Positions 11,470-23,189 of a stretch of 64,000 nt of DNA are shown here, piece by piece. The DNA is from Mustelus asterias. Lineage: Eukaryota. Every line of letters begins with the position of its first letter. Position 1 is the stretch's first letter. The stretch is from assembly GCF_964213995.1 (NCBI RefSeq), contig NC_135809.1:117552001-117616000 (forward strand). The letters run 5' to 3'. Position numbers and translations under genes: made by a program. The notes beneath the pieces were generated by a model, which worked only from the letters and a program-made list of their open reading frames with translations, ran no database searches and was not told where the DNA came from.

Positions 11470-13255
11470 TGTAAGCAAAGAATATGATCCAAAATTGTTG
11501 AACTCAATGTTGAGACCAGAAGACTGTTAAGCGTCCAGTTGAATGATGCTCCTTAAGGTTGTGTTGAACTTCATTGGAATACTGCAGCAGGCCAAGGAAA
11601 GAAAGGTCAGAGTGAGATCAAGATATAGAAAGAAAATTTCAGGTGACTGAAAGCTTGGGGACTGGACTGAAGTCTTCCACAACACCATTACCCAGTTTGT
11701 TTGATCTCTCTAGCATAAAAGAAACTACAACATGAGCAGCAATGCAATATACTAAGTTGAAAGAAGCACAAGTAAATCATGGTTTCATTGGAAGAAATGC
11801 TTAGAGCCTCAGATGGTGAGAAGGGAAGAAATAAGAAAGGTCAGTGTTGCAGATCCAGCACTTGCGTGGGAAGATGCTGTACGAAATAGAGGGAGCATTG
11901 GAGTGGACCAGGGTGTTGCAGAGGGCACAATCCCTTTGTAATGCTGAAAAGGGAGGACAGAGGAGGATGTGTTTGGTAGTGGCATCATACGAGAGGTGGC
12001 AGAAATGTCAGAGGATGATCTGTTGATTACGGAAGCTGGTGAGGTGAAAGGTGAGGATGGGGTTGTCCTATCATGGTTCTGGGAGGAGAAGGAAGGGGTG
12101 AGAACAAAAGTGCATGAAATTGAAAGGATAGTCGAAAGCCCTGTTAACCACAATGAGCAGAAAGGAATACAGATGCAACAGAGGTGGATAAATTGGAAGA
12201 TGGAACAAAGTCCTTACAGGAAGTGAGATGATGGGTAATATAGTCAAGGTAGTTGTTGGAGTCCATGGGCAGAATCTTACCAAAAAATGAAAAAGCATCA
12301 GGATCTGACTGGAAACCGCCGTGCTTATCTGCAGAGAAAAAGCTGGTTTTCTCTCCAAATCTTCTGACACTGACTAAAGAAACAGGTGGCCGTGTTTCAG
12401 GTCATCATGCTGAGGGGCGGGGCCTAAACGTGCCGGTAAAGCTGGCTGCACTGAGATTGATGTGCAGTTTTTAAAGGGGCTCCCCGATCAAAGCAAAACT
12501 AATCCATCACGGAGGTCTCAGGGCTCCTCAACACCTCCCTCCACGATCAGAGCTGGCATCGCTGGCATCAGGCCCCTTCTAACCCCAACCCCTCAAGCAA
12601 CCACCGCCAACATCCCCAGCTCCCACTTCGGCTTCCCTCACACCACCTCAAATAAATGAGCCACCCCCTCATGTGGCTCCCACTAGGGTCTGCCCCAAGC
12701 ACTGCATGGTGCTGACCCAGCAGTGCCAACCTATGCTAGGGGGGCTGTGTCAGGGCCGTGTTCTTCTCCCCTGGGAGCTATACTCACCTTAACGTCCGGG
12801 AAGGGGGGGTTGGTGGAACGGACTTGTAAAGTCACATCGGTGAGGTTTGAAACTATGTCCAGGGGAGAGTATATAGCGCGTATATTATATCTAAATTAAT
12901 TCAATTCATTAAAATGTATTAAAATCAGGTTCCTGCCTGTGCGTATATAGTTGATAGCCCATTCCTAGAGAAAGACGTCAGAGAAGGAAAGAGCCGGAGA
13001 TGGACCATGTGACGGGGAGACAGATCAAAATTGGAAACAAAGTTAATGAACTTTTCCAGTTCAGGATGAGGGTAGTAAACAACATTCAAACATTCATCAA
13101 TGTACTGGAAAAGGTGAGGGAGGGTGCAAGAGGAGGACGGAAGAAAGAATGTTCCACACGTTCCATGCAAAGGAGAACACCTGCAGTTACCTTTAGCAGC
13201 ACTCTTTTTATTTGGTGGAAGGTGAGTGGAGTTGAAAGTTGTTCAATGTGAGAGC
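11470..13255 (-). mobile_element. Old Penelope-like element RT/GIY-YIG remnant
   Basis: Reverse complement of the GLNIEFNN-type end at about 11475-11520. RT remnants LFQYIDEC...PELEKFINFVSNF in ORF 12925..13170(-). Interrupted by a GC-rich insert. Confidence 0.7.
12267..12940 (-). mobile_element. GC-rich non-autonomous TIR element with one end not recognisable
   Basis: Starts cat|gggcagaatcttacc, a TIR like the other MITEs. The body is C-rich, mirroring the G-rich bodies at 53637 and 54992. AG|GTGAGT lies on the minus strand at 12782-12789. Confidence 0.55.
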
Positions 13256-13347
13256 AAGCTCTCGGAATTGAAGTTATGCCAAACCTTTTCTAAGACATTG
13301 ATTCAATTTTAGCTGGAGTGATGTGTTCAGTTCTTGTCCTCACTTTT

Positions 13348-13512
13348 AGAATCCCCACAGTGCAGCAGTAGGCCATTCGACCCATCATGTCTGCACTAAC
13401 TCTCCAAAAGATCATCTCACTCAGACCCTATCCCCATAACCCCACTAATCCCCCTATCCTACACATCTTGGAACACTAAGGGGCAATTTAGCATGGCCAG
13501 TCATTCTAACCT
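13348..13512 (-). mobile_element. HE1-type V-SINE 3' half
   Basis: Reverse complement of the ggccatgctaaattgccccttagtg core and a CR1-like tail. Confidence 0.8.
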
Positions 13513-14393
13513 TTAGAAGGGCATCCACTTCTACTAAAGAACCAACACAGAACGATGGTCCTCCTTCAGTGATATATCAGTCTATGGTTACTTCAGGATG
13601 GTACAAAAACACTGCTGATTCTAAGAAATTTTCAACACTGGTCTATTGTCAAACAAGGAAAGCCAAAGAGATCAGTTGAAGACCCAGATCCACAGGTTGA
13701 CTTCTTCAATCTGAAAGTTGCTCCTATTTTTCCAGATCAGTGTTTATTGTTCTAACAAAAGGAATGCCTCGAAGACTTGGGTGATAAATGTGTCATGCTG
13801 ACTGCCGCAGTTGGTTACAGTCATGTTTACACTGCAGGCTGAATGGAAATGTCATTTTCAGTACAAAATTCATGTGCATTTGTTTTCCATCTTGCTCTTT
13901 ATTATGTAGAGGGATTTTCTTTCAGGAACGTTTGTGTATTTTATCAAAGATTTATGTGGAGTTTTTCAGTGGAGAGTTAAAGGCTGAATATAGGATCTGG
14001 TTACAATGCTATGGTATGATGCAGAATAGTAATAATAGAGCAATCCGACCCCAGATTGTTTGCTCGTTCTGATTGACACTTTGACAGGTACAATTGAATT
14101 CTCTTTTCGCTCCCAGCTTTCTTCATCCCATACTTGCTCTTACAAAGGTCTTTTCTGTTGAATTAGTCTCGAGGTCTTCAGGTGGCAATCGCTTGGGTAA
14201 TTATTTTTGCATGAACCTTGATATTAGTAGTGACGCATAATCTATTATGGAGGATTTATAGCTGAGCTGTTTCCAGCCTCTCATCCATATCCAGTCAGGG
14301 TTGCGTAGAAATCGGCAATGAGGATGCTGACCATTTCACTATCCACCTGTTTCCAATGTAAACACATTACACAAATAATCTCTCATATCAGTT

Positions 14394-14678
14394 CAAAGAT
14401 GTGCGGGTTAGGTTGATTGGCCATGCTAAAATTGCCCTTAGTGTCCTGGGATACGTAGGTTAGAGGGATTAGTGGGTAAATATGTAGGGATATGGGGGTA
14501 GGGCCTGAGTGGGATTGTGGTCGGTGCAGACTCAATGGGCCAAATGGCCTCTTTCTGTGCTGTAGGGTTTCTAAGATTTCTAAGATCATTTCCCAGGATA
14601 GAAATGCAATAGGGCTTGGGTGAGATTGTTGTCAGTGCGGGCTGAATGGCCTCCTTCTGCACAGTAGGGATTCTATGA
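14394..14678 (+). mobile_element. HE1-type V-SINE 3' part followed by a second SINE tail
   Basis: caaagatgtgcgggttaggttgattggccatgctaaaattgcccttagtgtcc...ttctaagatttctaag, then a second tail ending gggattctatg. Confidence 0.85.
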
Positions 14679-14859
14679 AGGCCCAAGATTGGAGATTTTG
14701 CCTCTTAAAGCCAGACATTTGAAATTTAGAATGGTGCCTACAAAGCACATTTATTATTTTTCTCAAGTGTTACCCAGTGTGACCATAGTTGAAATTGTTA
14801 GATGGATACATTTATCATAACAGTTTTAATGTATGAAAGAAAAGAAATGGATCAAACTT

Positions 14860-15130
14860 GGACCTTTCGCACCTGCAGGTTGTCCCAAAGCACTTCACAG
14901 CCAATTAATTATTTCTTCAAGTGTAGTTGCCATGTATATGTATGCAGGCAATAGCAACAGCCAATATGCACACAATAAGATCCCTCAAACAGTCATGAGA
15001 TAAAAGCCCAATCAGTCTGTTCTACTGGTGTTCATTGAGGGGTACAGATTGGTCAGAACATTGGGAGAACTCCTCTCAAGTGACTGTGTGGAGCTCAAAC
15101 TCATGATCCTCTTAATGAATGAGACTTCCT
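14860..15130 (-). mobile_element. Deu-domain SINE (AmnSINE/SacSINE-like) remnant
   Basis: tcccaaagcacttcacagccaat...cagccaatatgcacacaataagatccc matches, from memory, the reverse complement of the Deu-SINE core and L2-like tail. Homologous to the copies at 60630 and 63650. Confidence 0.6.
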
Positions 15131-17081
15131 CACAATATTTCAGATACATGTACAGTAACAGTTTCTGTAGAAATGAGATTGATGGAATGTCAGTAGTGTC
15201 CTCTCAAAGAAATAAAATTCATGTTATCTGAATTAATGCACCAGGACTAATTTATTTCCGGATATTATAGCACATAGTTTAGATAATTATTCCACCATCC
15301 ATAGGAAGAGAGAATAGTGGTGCTCTTCATTGTATATCCCATCTAAAATTGCTAAAGTGAAATAAAGTCTAGGGCAGTTTCAAGAATTTTCCCTAAACTT
15401 TACACATGGGCTTGCTCGCAGGTAAGCCAGCTTTAGTCTGATCACTGTAATTACAGGAGTTGGATTCCTGGGCCTAATGGCTGCTTTATTCCTTTATAGG
15501 ACACTTGCGTGTATTTTTGTTGCAAACAACAGACTTTGAGCCTTGACCAGCAACTCAAGAATTGTTTGTTTCTGAATGAAATTTAAAAATTGCACCTTCA
15601 CATTTTTTTCCTTTCAGATCTGGCTGCCAGAACAAATGCTTTGGAAATTGACGAGCTTTAAAAACTTGTGTACAAGTTAAACATTTTTTTAACGTCAACA
15701 AAATGCATCAGCTATAATAAGAGTTAACATACTCTGAACATTTACCAGCCTCTGGCTCTTAAATGACATGACATCTCTTATGTAGTCTGACCTGTCATAA
15801 ATCTCTCTGACTGGTCAGTAATCCATAGTATTTCTCAACTTGATGTAGCACTGAGCAGAAACACTTCAATTTTAAGTGGGAAACTATGAGCTATCATTGA
15901 ACATTTAATTGCACTATAGCTACAAGTGATTAACAGCCTAATTGTTGGTTATTAAATATTTATAAAGAAGCTTCCATGATCAATTTTCAGCAAACTGTTG
16001 ACCTATGAACAATTAGCAAATGTTACAGTTGTTTGTATTTAATGAATATTGTTAACTGATTATTGCAGTGTTACAGCAGCTTTTATTAAACATTAGTTAA
16101 TTATTTATAACAGCAATATGAAGATTTTATTAAACAACTGTTAATTATTTGTGATGGTGGTATTGCTGGAAATCTTTGTTAAATGGTAAAGCAGATATGC
16201 TCTGGAAGGCATTGAAATATAATTTTTATTTCTAAGTGAAACTGAACTGCTAATTCATGAATGATGAATAGTAAAATGTGGAAATTAAAATTTTCATTTC
16301 CCTACCCGCTATAATATATTGTTTTATAGTATAGCACTTCACATTAAAAAATTGCAATTTTTTTTTTTACTTCACACTGTTAATGTGTTTTTAATATAGC
16401 TTCATGAGCAGTTTCTCCACTTGCTTTTATGCCCCACACATACCCTCCCATAAATACAATTGCTTGCTACCACTTACTGGTTGGAATTAAATGTACATTT
16501 TACAAATTGGTGCCCCAAGTCCTAATGGCTTCACCAATGAGATTAGATGAATTATACGTTTATGTATCAATGGTTGGATCTAAAGAATCAACAAAATAAA
16601 TGGGCCCTGAACTTCCTGGAAACTTGCATGAAATCAATGGCATAAGGGGTGTAGTATGGCTGGAGTATACCGGAGTGCTACTCTGGCACCGAAATACCCC
16701 GTTTGATTTTTCTCTGCATTGGATTTTCAATTACTGGATCGGAATGAATGAGAAGAACTGTTGCAAACAACTCCTTCTACTGTTCCATGGCAGTAATGTT
16801 AATTTTATGTTTTTGAACGACCATCCTGGAAACAGACTTTGCAAGTGTCTCTTTCAAGCCATCAGTGATCCCCAGTTCAACGCATTACCCTCAACCCTAG
16901 ATCTAAACCTACTCAACTTAAAAGTTGCCCTCCACTGAGAGATTTCAGTGTAGCACATTATCACACTTTGAACAGAATTCCTGCAAGCAAATGACAAAGT
17001 AGAATTATCCTGAGCTGTTGGTTATCAAATGTTGCAGGGGTTTGGGTTGGGGGGAGGAAGGAAGTCTGCAGGTTTCAAAAG

Positions 17082-17202
17082 CACAGTAGGAAGTTTAACA
17101 ACACCAGGTTAAAGTCCAACAGGTTTATTTGGTAGCAAAAGCCACACAAGCTTTCGGAGCTCCAAGCCCCTTCTTCAGGTGAGTGGGAATTCTGTTCACA
17201 AA
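17082..17202 (-). mobile_element. Penelope-like terminal fragment with hammerhead (17145-17181)
   Basis: Homologous to the 2990 element. Minus strand reads cac CTGAAGA a ggggc-ttgga-gctcc GAAA GCTT gtg. 12-bp TSD aggtttcaaaag at 17070-17081 and 17203-17214. Confidence 0.85.
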
Positions 17203-17933
17203 AGGTTTCAAAAGCAACCACGTTTTCTTTTAAAACATCAGTTTGATACTCCGTTTTTGGTACTTTTAAGATATTTAAGGAAACTTCAGTGCATTGTAAT
17301 TGCACAATTAACTCTTGGCATTCATGTCGCATATGCTTTCTTTTTCTAAGTTCATGTTGGAAGCAGGCTTTACAAAACTGTCTTTTAAGTGAGAATTTGA
17401 CTTAACTGTAATGGTTACAGCTGTAAGCTTCTCCATCCCACATGTATGCCTGTGTTAGACATTGGAGAGATGTTTCTGAGCACTTCCTGCGTACAGGTAG
17501 ATTCACACATGCATCAAGTTTAAAAATATCTTCTACACTGGGTGTATTTAGGTTCTTTCAGTACACGCATGTAGCTAGTGTATATTTTTCTACATGCTAA
17601 TAAATATGTTGGCAGTGAATTTCCTGTGATCTTTTTAAAAGTTGTGCTTAAATTCTGTATATATTGCAAATTCATTTTTTCCTTCATAACCCAAAAGCAA
17701 CATATTCCTGTCATTTGAGTTCAGGCTGGGTGGTAAGAGTTGGCCGGAATGTCCGGAGCTCGCAGTGTGGCTGTAATTCCTAACTCTGGGGAGGTTAAGA
17801 GGTGGCACAGGGAAGGCAGAGCCCAGGGTCCTGGGCCTCATGCTGCTGCTGAATGTCTCTTGAGTCAAAGTGTAGCAGTAGTAACTCAAATACAGCATCC
17901 TGATTGTAAAGAAAAAACAAATACAGACAACTT

Positions 17934-18200
17934 GTAGCACAGTGATTAGCACTGCTGCCTCACACCGCCAGAGACCTGGGTTCGATTCCCGGCTTGGGTC
18001 ACTGTCGGTGTGGAGTTTGCATGTTTTCCCCAAATCTGCGTGGGTTTCCTCCAGGTGCTCCGGTTTCCTCCCACATTCTGAAAGACGTGCTGGTTAGGTG
18101 CATTGACCCGAACAGGCGCTGGAGTGAGGCGACTAGGGGAAATTCACAGTAACTTCGTTGCCGTGTTAATGTAAGCCTTACTTGTGACTAATAAATAAAC
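17934..18200 (+). mobile_element. tRNA-derived V-type SINE, non-CR1 tail variant
   Basis: A box (tagcacagtgattagc) and B box (gggttcgattccc), V-SINE-like core, and tail ttcacagtaac...cttgtgactaataaataaac. Confidence 0.85.
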
Positions 18201-18463
18201 TTCTACTTTACCTTAACTTCCTGCACACAGCTTTCACATAAACAGGCATATCAGGTCTTTGAAGTTCAGGGTTCCTGGGTTCTAAAGCAGCACCAACTTT
18301 CCCAAACACCCTGCTGCATCTGCCGACTGAACATGAATCCCTTAGCTGGGAGTACCTGAAGGTGCGAAATGTGTATATGACTGTGTTCCCTGCTGCTAGC
18401 TTTACATGGAGTTTACAGCACAGAAACAGATCACTTAGCCTATCTTGTCTGGTGTTTATGTTC

Positions 18464-18714
18464 CACAGTAAGAGTTTTAACAACACCAGGTTAAAACAGG
18501 TTTATTTGGTAGCAAATGCCATTAGCTTTCGGAGCGTTGCTCCTTCGTCAGATGGAGTGGATATCTGCTCTCAAACAGGGTATACAGACACAAAATCAAG
18601 TTACAGAATACTGATTAGAATGCGAATCTTTACAGCTGATTAGGTCTTAAAGATACAGACAATGTGAGTGGAGGGAGCATTCGGCACAGGTTAAAGAAAT
18701 GTGTATTGTCTCCG
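18464..18714 (-). mobile_element. Penelope-like terminal fragment with intact hammerhead (18519-18555)
   Basis: Same terminus cacagtaagagttttaacaacacc. Minus strand reads ccat CTGACGA a ggagc-aac-gctcc GAAA GCTA atgg. TSD gtttatgttc at 18454-18463 and 18715-18724. Confidence 0.85.
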
Positions 18715-18817
18715 GTTTATGTTCCACACAGCCTCCTCCCAACCTTCTTGATCACGTTATCAGGGTAACCTTCAACTTCTTCCTCGTATTTATCAAGTTC
18801 CTTGAATGTATTTATAC

Positions 18818-19265
18818 TAGAATCATAGAATGGTTATGGCACAAAAAGAAGCCATTTAGCACATTGTCTCTGTCAGTTCTCTGCAACTTAGCTATCCCAA
18901 TTCTTCACCTTTTCCTGTAACCCTGTAAGTTTTTTCAGCTAATTATCCAGTTCCCTTTTGAAAACAGGAATCGAATCTGTCTCCACCACAGGCTCAGTGC
19001 ATTCCAAATCCAAGTCATTCATTACATAAAGAAGTATTTCCTCATGTTGCCTCTGGTCCTTTTGTTAATCAGCTTAGGGTTCTTGATCTTCTGCTGATAG
19101 GAAAAGATTTTCCCCATTTACTGTATCCAAACATGTAAAACAAATCTCATCTCAGCCTTCGCTCCAAGGGGCACATCCCCAGACTCACCAGTCTAGCCAC
19201 ATAATTGAAGTCGCTTATCCTTGAAAACATTCTTGTAAATCTTTTCTTCACCTTTCCTAAAACGC
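18818..19265 (-). mobile_element. Old CR1 3' end
   Basis: Begins tagaatcatagaat (reverse of a CR1 tail repeat), followed by a decayed CR1 C-terminal region. Confidence 0.6.
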
Positions 19266-19680
19266 ACATCATGGCAGTACTGAGAAGAGATTATATCCAA
19301 GGGTTCACCCATTGAGTCTATATGGGTAGAACTGAGAAATAAGAAGGAGGAGATCACTTTGATAGGATTGTACTGCAGGCCCCCAAATAGTCAGCAGGAA
19401 CTTGATGAGCAAATATGTAAGGAGATTACAGAGAGCTCCAAGAAAAGTAGGGTGGGAATAGTAGTGGACTTTAACTTTCCCAACATTTACTGGCTCAGCC
19501 ATAGCATTAGGGGCTTGGAGGGAGTGAAATTTGTTGTATGTATTCAGGAAGAATTTCTCATTCAGTATGTGGGTGGCCCGACTAAAGAGGGAGAAAAACT
19601 TGATCTCCTCTTGAGAAATAAGGAAGGGCAGATGACAGAAGTGTTAGTGAGGGACCACTTTGGGACCAGTGACCATAATT

Positions 19681-19946
19681 ATTTTTTTTTAAGTTTATTT
19701 ATTAGTCACAAGTAAGGCTTACATTAACACTGCAATGAAGTTACTGTGAAATTCCCGTAGTTGCCACACTTCGGCGCCTGTTCGGGTTAATGCACCTAAC
19801 CAGCACGTCTTTCAGACTGTGGGAGGAAACCGGAGCAGATACGGGGAGAATGTGCAGACTCTACACAGTGACCCAAGCCGGGAATCAAACCCGGGTCCCT
19901 GGCACTGTGAGGCAGCAGTGCTAACTACTGTGCCACCATGCCACGC
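19681..19946 (-). mobile_element. tRNA-derived V-type SINE, non-CR1 tail variant
   Basis: Homologous to 17934-18200. 5-bp TSD taatt at 19676-19680 and 19947-19951 splits the host's SDHN|SISF. Confidence 0.88.
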
Positions 19947-20320
19947 TAATTCCATTAGTTTTAAGATAGCTATTGAGAATGATATGTCTGGCCCAAAAGT
20001 TAAAATTCTAAATTGGAGTAAGGTCAATTTTGATGGTATTAGGCAGGAACTTTCAAAAGTTGATTGAGGGAGTCTGTTGGCAGGCAAAGGGACGTTTGGT
20101 AAATGGGAGGCTTTCAAAAGTGTGTTAATCAGGGTTCAGAGTAAGCACGGTCCATTTAGAGTGAAGGGCGAGGCTGGCAGAAGTAGAGAACACGAGATGA
20201 CTCAGGATATTGAGGCCCTGGTCAAAAAGAAGGAGGCAAATGACACGCATAGGCAGCTGGGATCAAATGGATCCCTTGAAGAGCGTAAAAGTTGTCGGGG
20301 TAGAGTTAAGAGAGAAATCT

Positions 20321-23189
20321 GGGTCAAGGGTGGGTACCGGTAGACAGGAAGGTGGGTTGAAGTGTGTCTACTTCAATGTAAGGAGCATCCGGAACAAGAT
20401 AGATGAACTCGGGACGTGGATTGGTACTTGGGACTACGATGTTGTGGCCATTACGGAGACGTGGGTAGAACAAGGGCAGGAATGGTTGTTGGACGTTCCG
20501 GGGTATAGATGTTTCACTAAGTGTAGGGAAGCTGGTAAAAGAGGTAGAGGAGTAGCATTGTTAATCAAGGATAGTTTAACGGCTGCGGAAAGGCACTTCG
20601 AGGGGGATCTGCACACTGAGGTAATATGGGCTGAGGTTAGAAATAGGAAAGGAGCGGTCACGTTGTCAGGAGTTTACTATAGGCCCCCAAATAGTAATAG
20701 AGATGTGGAGGAAGAAATTGCTAAGCAGATTATGGATATGTGTGGGGGTCACAGGGTAGTTGTCATGGGGGACTTTAACTATACGAATATTGATTGGAAC
20801 CTTTGTAGGTCAAATAGTTTGGATGGGGCGGTTTTTGTGCAGTGTGTGCAGGAGGGTTTCCTGACACAATATGTGGATAGGCCAACAAGAGGTGAGGCCA
20901 CATTGGATTTGGTACTGGGAAATGAACCGGGCCAAGTGTTAGATTTGGTTGTGGGAGAGCACTTTGGAGATAGTGACCACAATTCGGTGTCTTTTGTTAT
21001 TGCAATGGAGAGGGATAGGGCTGTACGGCAGGGCAAGGTTTACAATTGGGGGAGAGGTAATTATGATGCGATTCGGCAAGAATTAGGGGGCATAAGTTGG
21101 GAACAGAAACTGTCAGGGAAAGGCACCAATGAAAAGTGGAACTTTTTCAAGGAACAATTACTGGGTGTCCTTGATAGGTATGTCCCTGTCAGGCAGGGAG
21201 GAAATGGCCGAGTGAGGGAACCATGGTTCACGAAAGAGGTGGAATGTCTTGTGAAAAGGAAGAGGGAAGCTTATGTAGGGATGAGGAAACAAGGTTCAGA
21301 TGGCTCGATTGAGGGTTACAAGTTAGCAAGGAATGAGCTGAAAAAGGGGCTGAGGAGAGCTAGGAGGGGACATGAGAAGTCCTTGGCGGGTCGGATCAAG
21401 GAAAACCCCAAGGCTTTTTACTCTTATGTGAGGAATAAAAGAATGACCAGAGTGAGGTTAGGGCCGGTCAAGGACAGTAGTGGGAACTTGTGTATGGAGT
21501 CAGTAGAGACAGGCGAGGTGATGAATGAATACTTTTCTTCAGTGTTCACCAAGGAGAGGGGCCATGTTTTTGAGGAAGAGAAGGTGTTACAGGCTAATAG
21601 GCTGGAGGAAATAGATGTTCGGAGGGAGGATGTCCTGGCAGTTTTGAATAAACTGAAGGTCGATAAGTCCCCTGGGCCTGATGGAATATATCCTAGGATT
21701 CTTTGGGAGGCAAGGGATGAGATTGCAGAGCCTTTGGCTTTGATCTTTGGGTCCTCGCTGTCCACGGGGATGGTGCCAGAGGACTGGAGAATGGCAAATG
21801 TTGTTCCTCAGTTTAAGAAAGGGAATAGAAATGACCCTGGTAATTATAGACCGGTTAGTCTTACTTCGGTGGTTGGTAAATTGATGGAAAAGGTCCTTAG
21901 GGATGGGACTAACGACCATTTAGAAAGATGCGGATTAATCCGGGATAGTCAGCACGGATTCGTGAAGGGCAAGTCGTGCCTCACAAATTTGATTGAATTT
22001 TATGAGGAGATAACTAAGTGTGTTGATGAAGGTAGGGCAGTTGATGTCATATACATGGATTTTAGTAAGGCGTTTGATAAGGTCCCCCGTGGTCGGCTTA
22101 TGATGAAAGTGAGGAGGTGTGGGATAGAGGGAAAGTTGGCCGATTGGATAGGTAACTGGCTGTCTGATCGAAGACAGGGTGGTGGTGGATGGAAAATTTT
22201 CAGATTGGAGGCAGGTTGCTAGCGGAGTGCCACAGGGATCAGTGCTTGGTCCTCTGCTCTTTGTGATTTTTATTAATGACTTAGAGGAGGGGGCTGAAGG
22301 GTGGATCAGTAAATTTGCTGATGACACCAAGATTGGTGGAGTAGTGGATGAGGTGGAGGGCTGTTGTAGGCTGCAAAGAGACATAGATAGGATGCAAAGC
22401 TGGGCTGAAAAATGGCAGATGGAGTTTAACCCTGATAAATGTGAGGTGATTCATTTTGGTAGGACAAATTTAAATGTGGATTACAGGGTCAAAGGTAGGG
22501 TTCTGAAGACTGTGGAGGAACAGAGAGATCTTGGGGTCCATATCCACAGATCTCTGAAGGTTGCCACTCAAGTGGATAGAGCTGTGAAGAAGGCCTATAG
22601 TGTGTCAGCTTTTATTAACAGGGGGTTGGAGTTTAAGAGCCGTGGGGTTATGCTGCAACTGTACAGGACCTTGGTGAGACCACATTTGGAATATTGTGTG
22701 CAGTTCTGGTCACTTCGCTATAAGAAGGATGTGGAAGCGCTGGAAAGAGTGCAGAGGAGATTTAGCAGGATGCTGCCTGGTTTGGAGGGTAGGTCTTATG
22801 AGGAAAGGTTGAGGGAGCTAGGGCTGTTCTCTCTGGAGCGGAGGAGGCTGAGGGGAGACTTAATAGAGGTTTATAAAATGATGAAGGGGATAGATAGAGT
22901 GAACGTTCAAAGACTATTTCCTCGGGTGGATGGAGCTATTACAAGGGGGCATAACTATAGGGTTCATGGTGGGAGATATAGGAAGGATATCAGAGGTAGG
23001 TTGGGGTGTGGAATGGACTGCCTGCAGTGATAGTGGAGTCAGACACTTTAGGAACATTTAAGCGGTTATTGGATAGGCACATGGAGCACACCAGGATGAT
23101 AGGGAGTGGGATAGCTTGATCTTGGTTTCAGATAAAGCTCGGCACAACATCGTGGGCCAAAGGGCCTGTTCTGTGCTGTACTGTTCTAT
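20321..23189 (+). mobile_element. Young CR1 LINE with near-complete ORF2 (APE endonuclease and RT), one frameshift
   Basis: ORFs 20210..22222 and 22179..23030: LKCVYFNVRS, AITETW, GDFN, SDHN, NYRPVSLTS, DFSKAFD, GVPQGSVLGP, KFADD. Frameshift near 22175 and a small deletion near 23000. Tail ctgttcta. Confidence 0.96.

Noticed and set aside
13597-13755. Open frame after ttcag (DGTKTLLILRNFQHW...)
   Set aside because: Weak polypyrimidine tract, poor donor, and no match to ELP4 or any protein I recognise.
15618-15661. Strong acceptor (tttttttcctttcag) followed by DLAARTNALEIDEL*, resembling the kinase DLAAR motif or a terminal exon
   Set aside because: All frames stop within about 20 codons, there is no other kinase motif, and the DLAAR frame does not match the phase expected in this ELP4 intron. 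A cryptic exon cannot be excluded without RNA-seq.
2990-18714. Recurring ~100-bp sequence as a CRISPR-like array
   Set aside because: The copies are dispersed, each has its own TSD, the context is eukaryotic, and there are no spacers or cas genes.
20210-22222. 670-aa ORF as a host gene or intact autonomous element
   Set aside because: It is CR1 ORF2, chimeric at its start, frameshifted before the FADD motif, and lacks ORF1.
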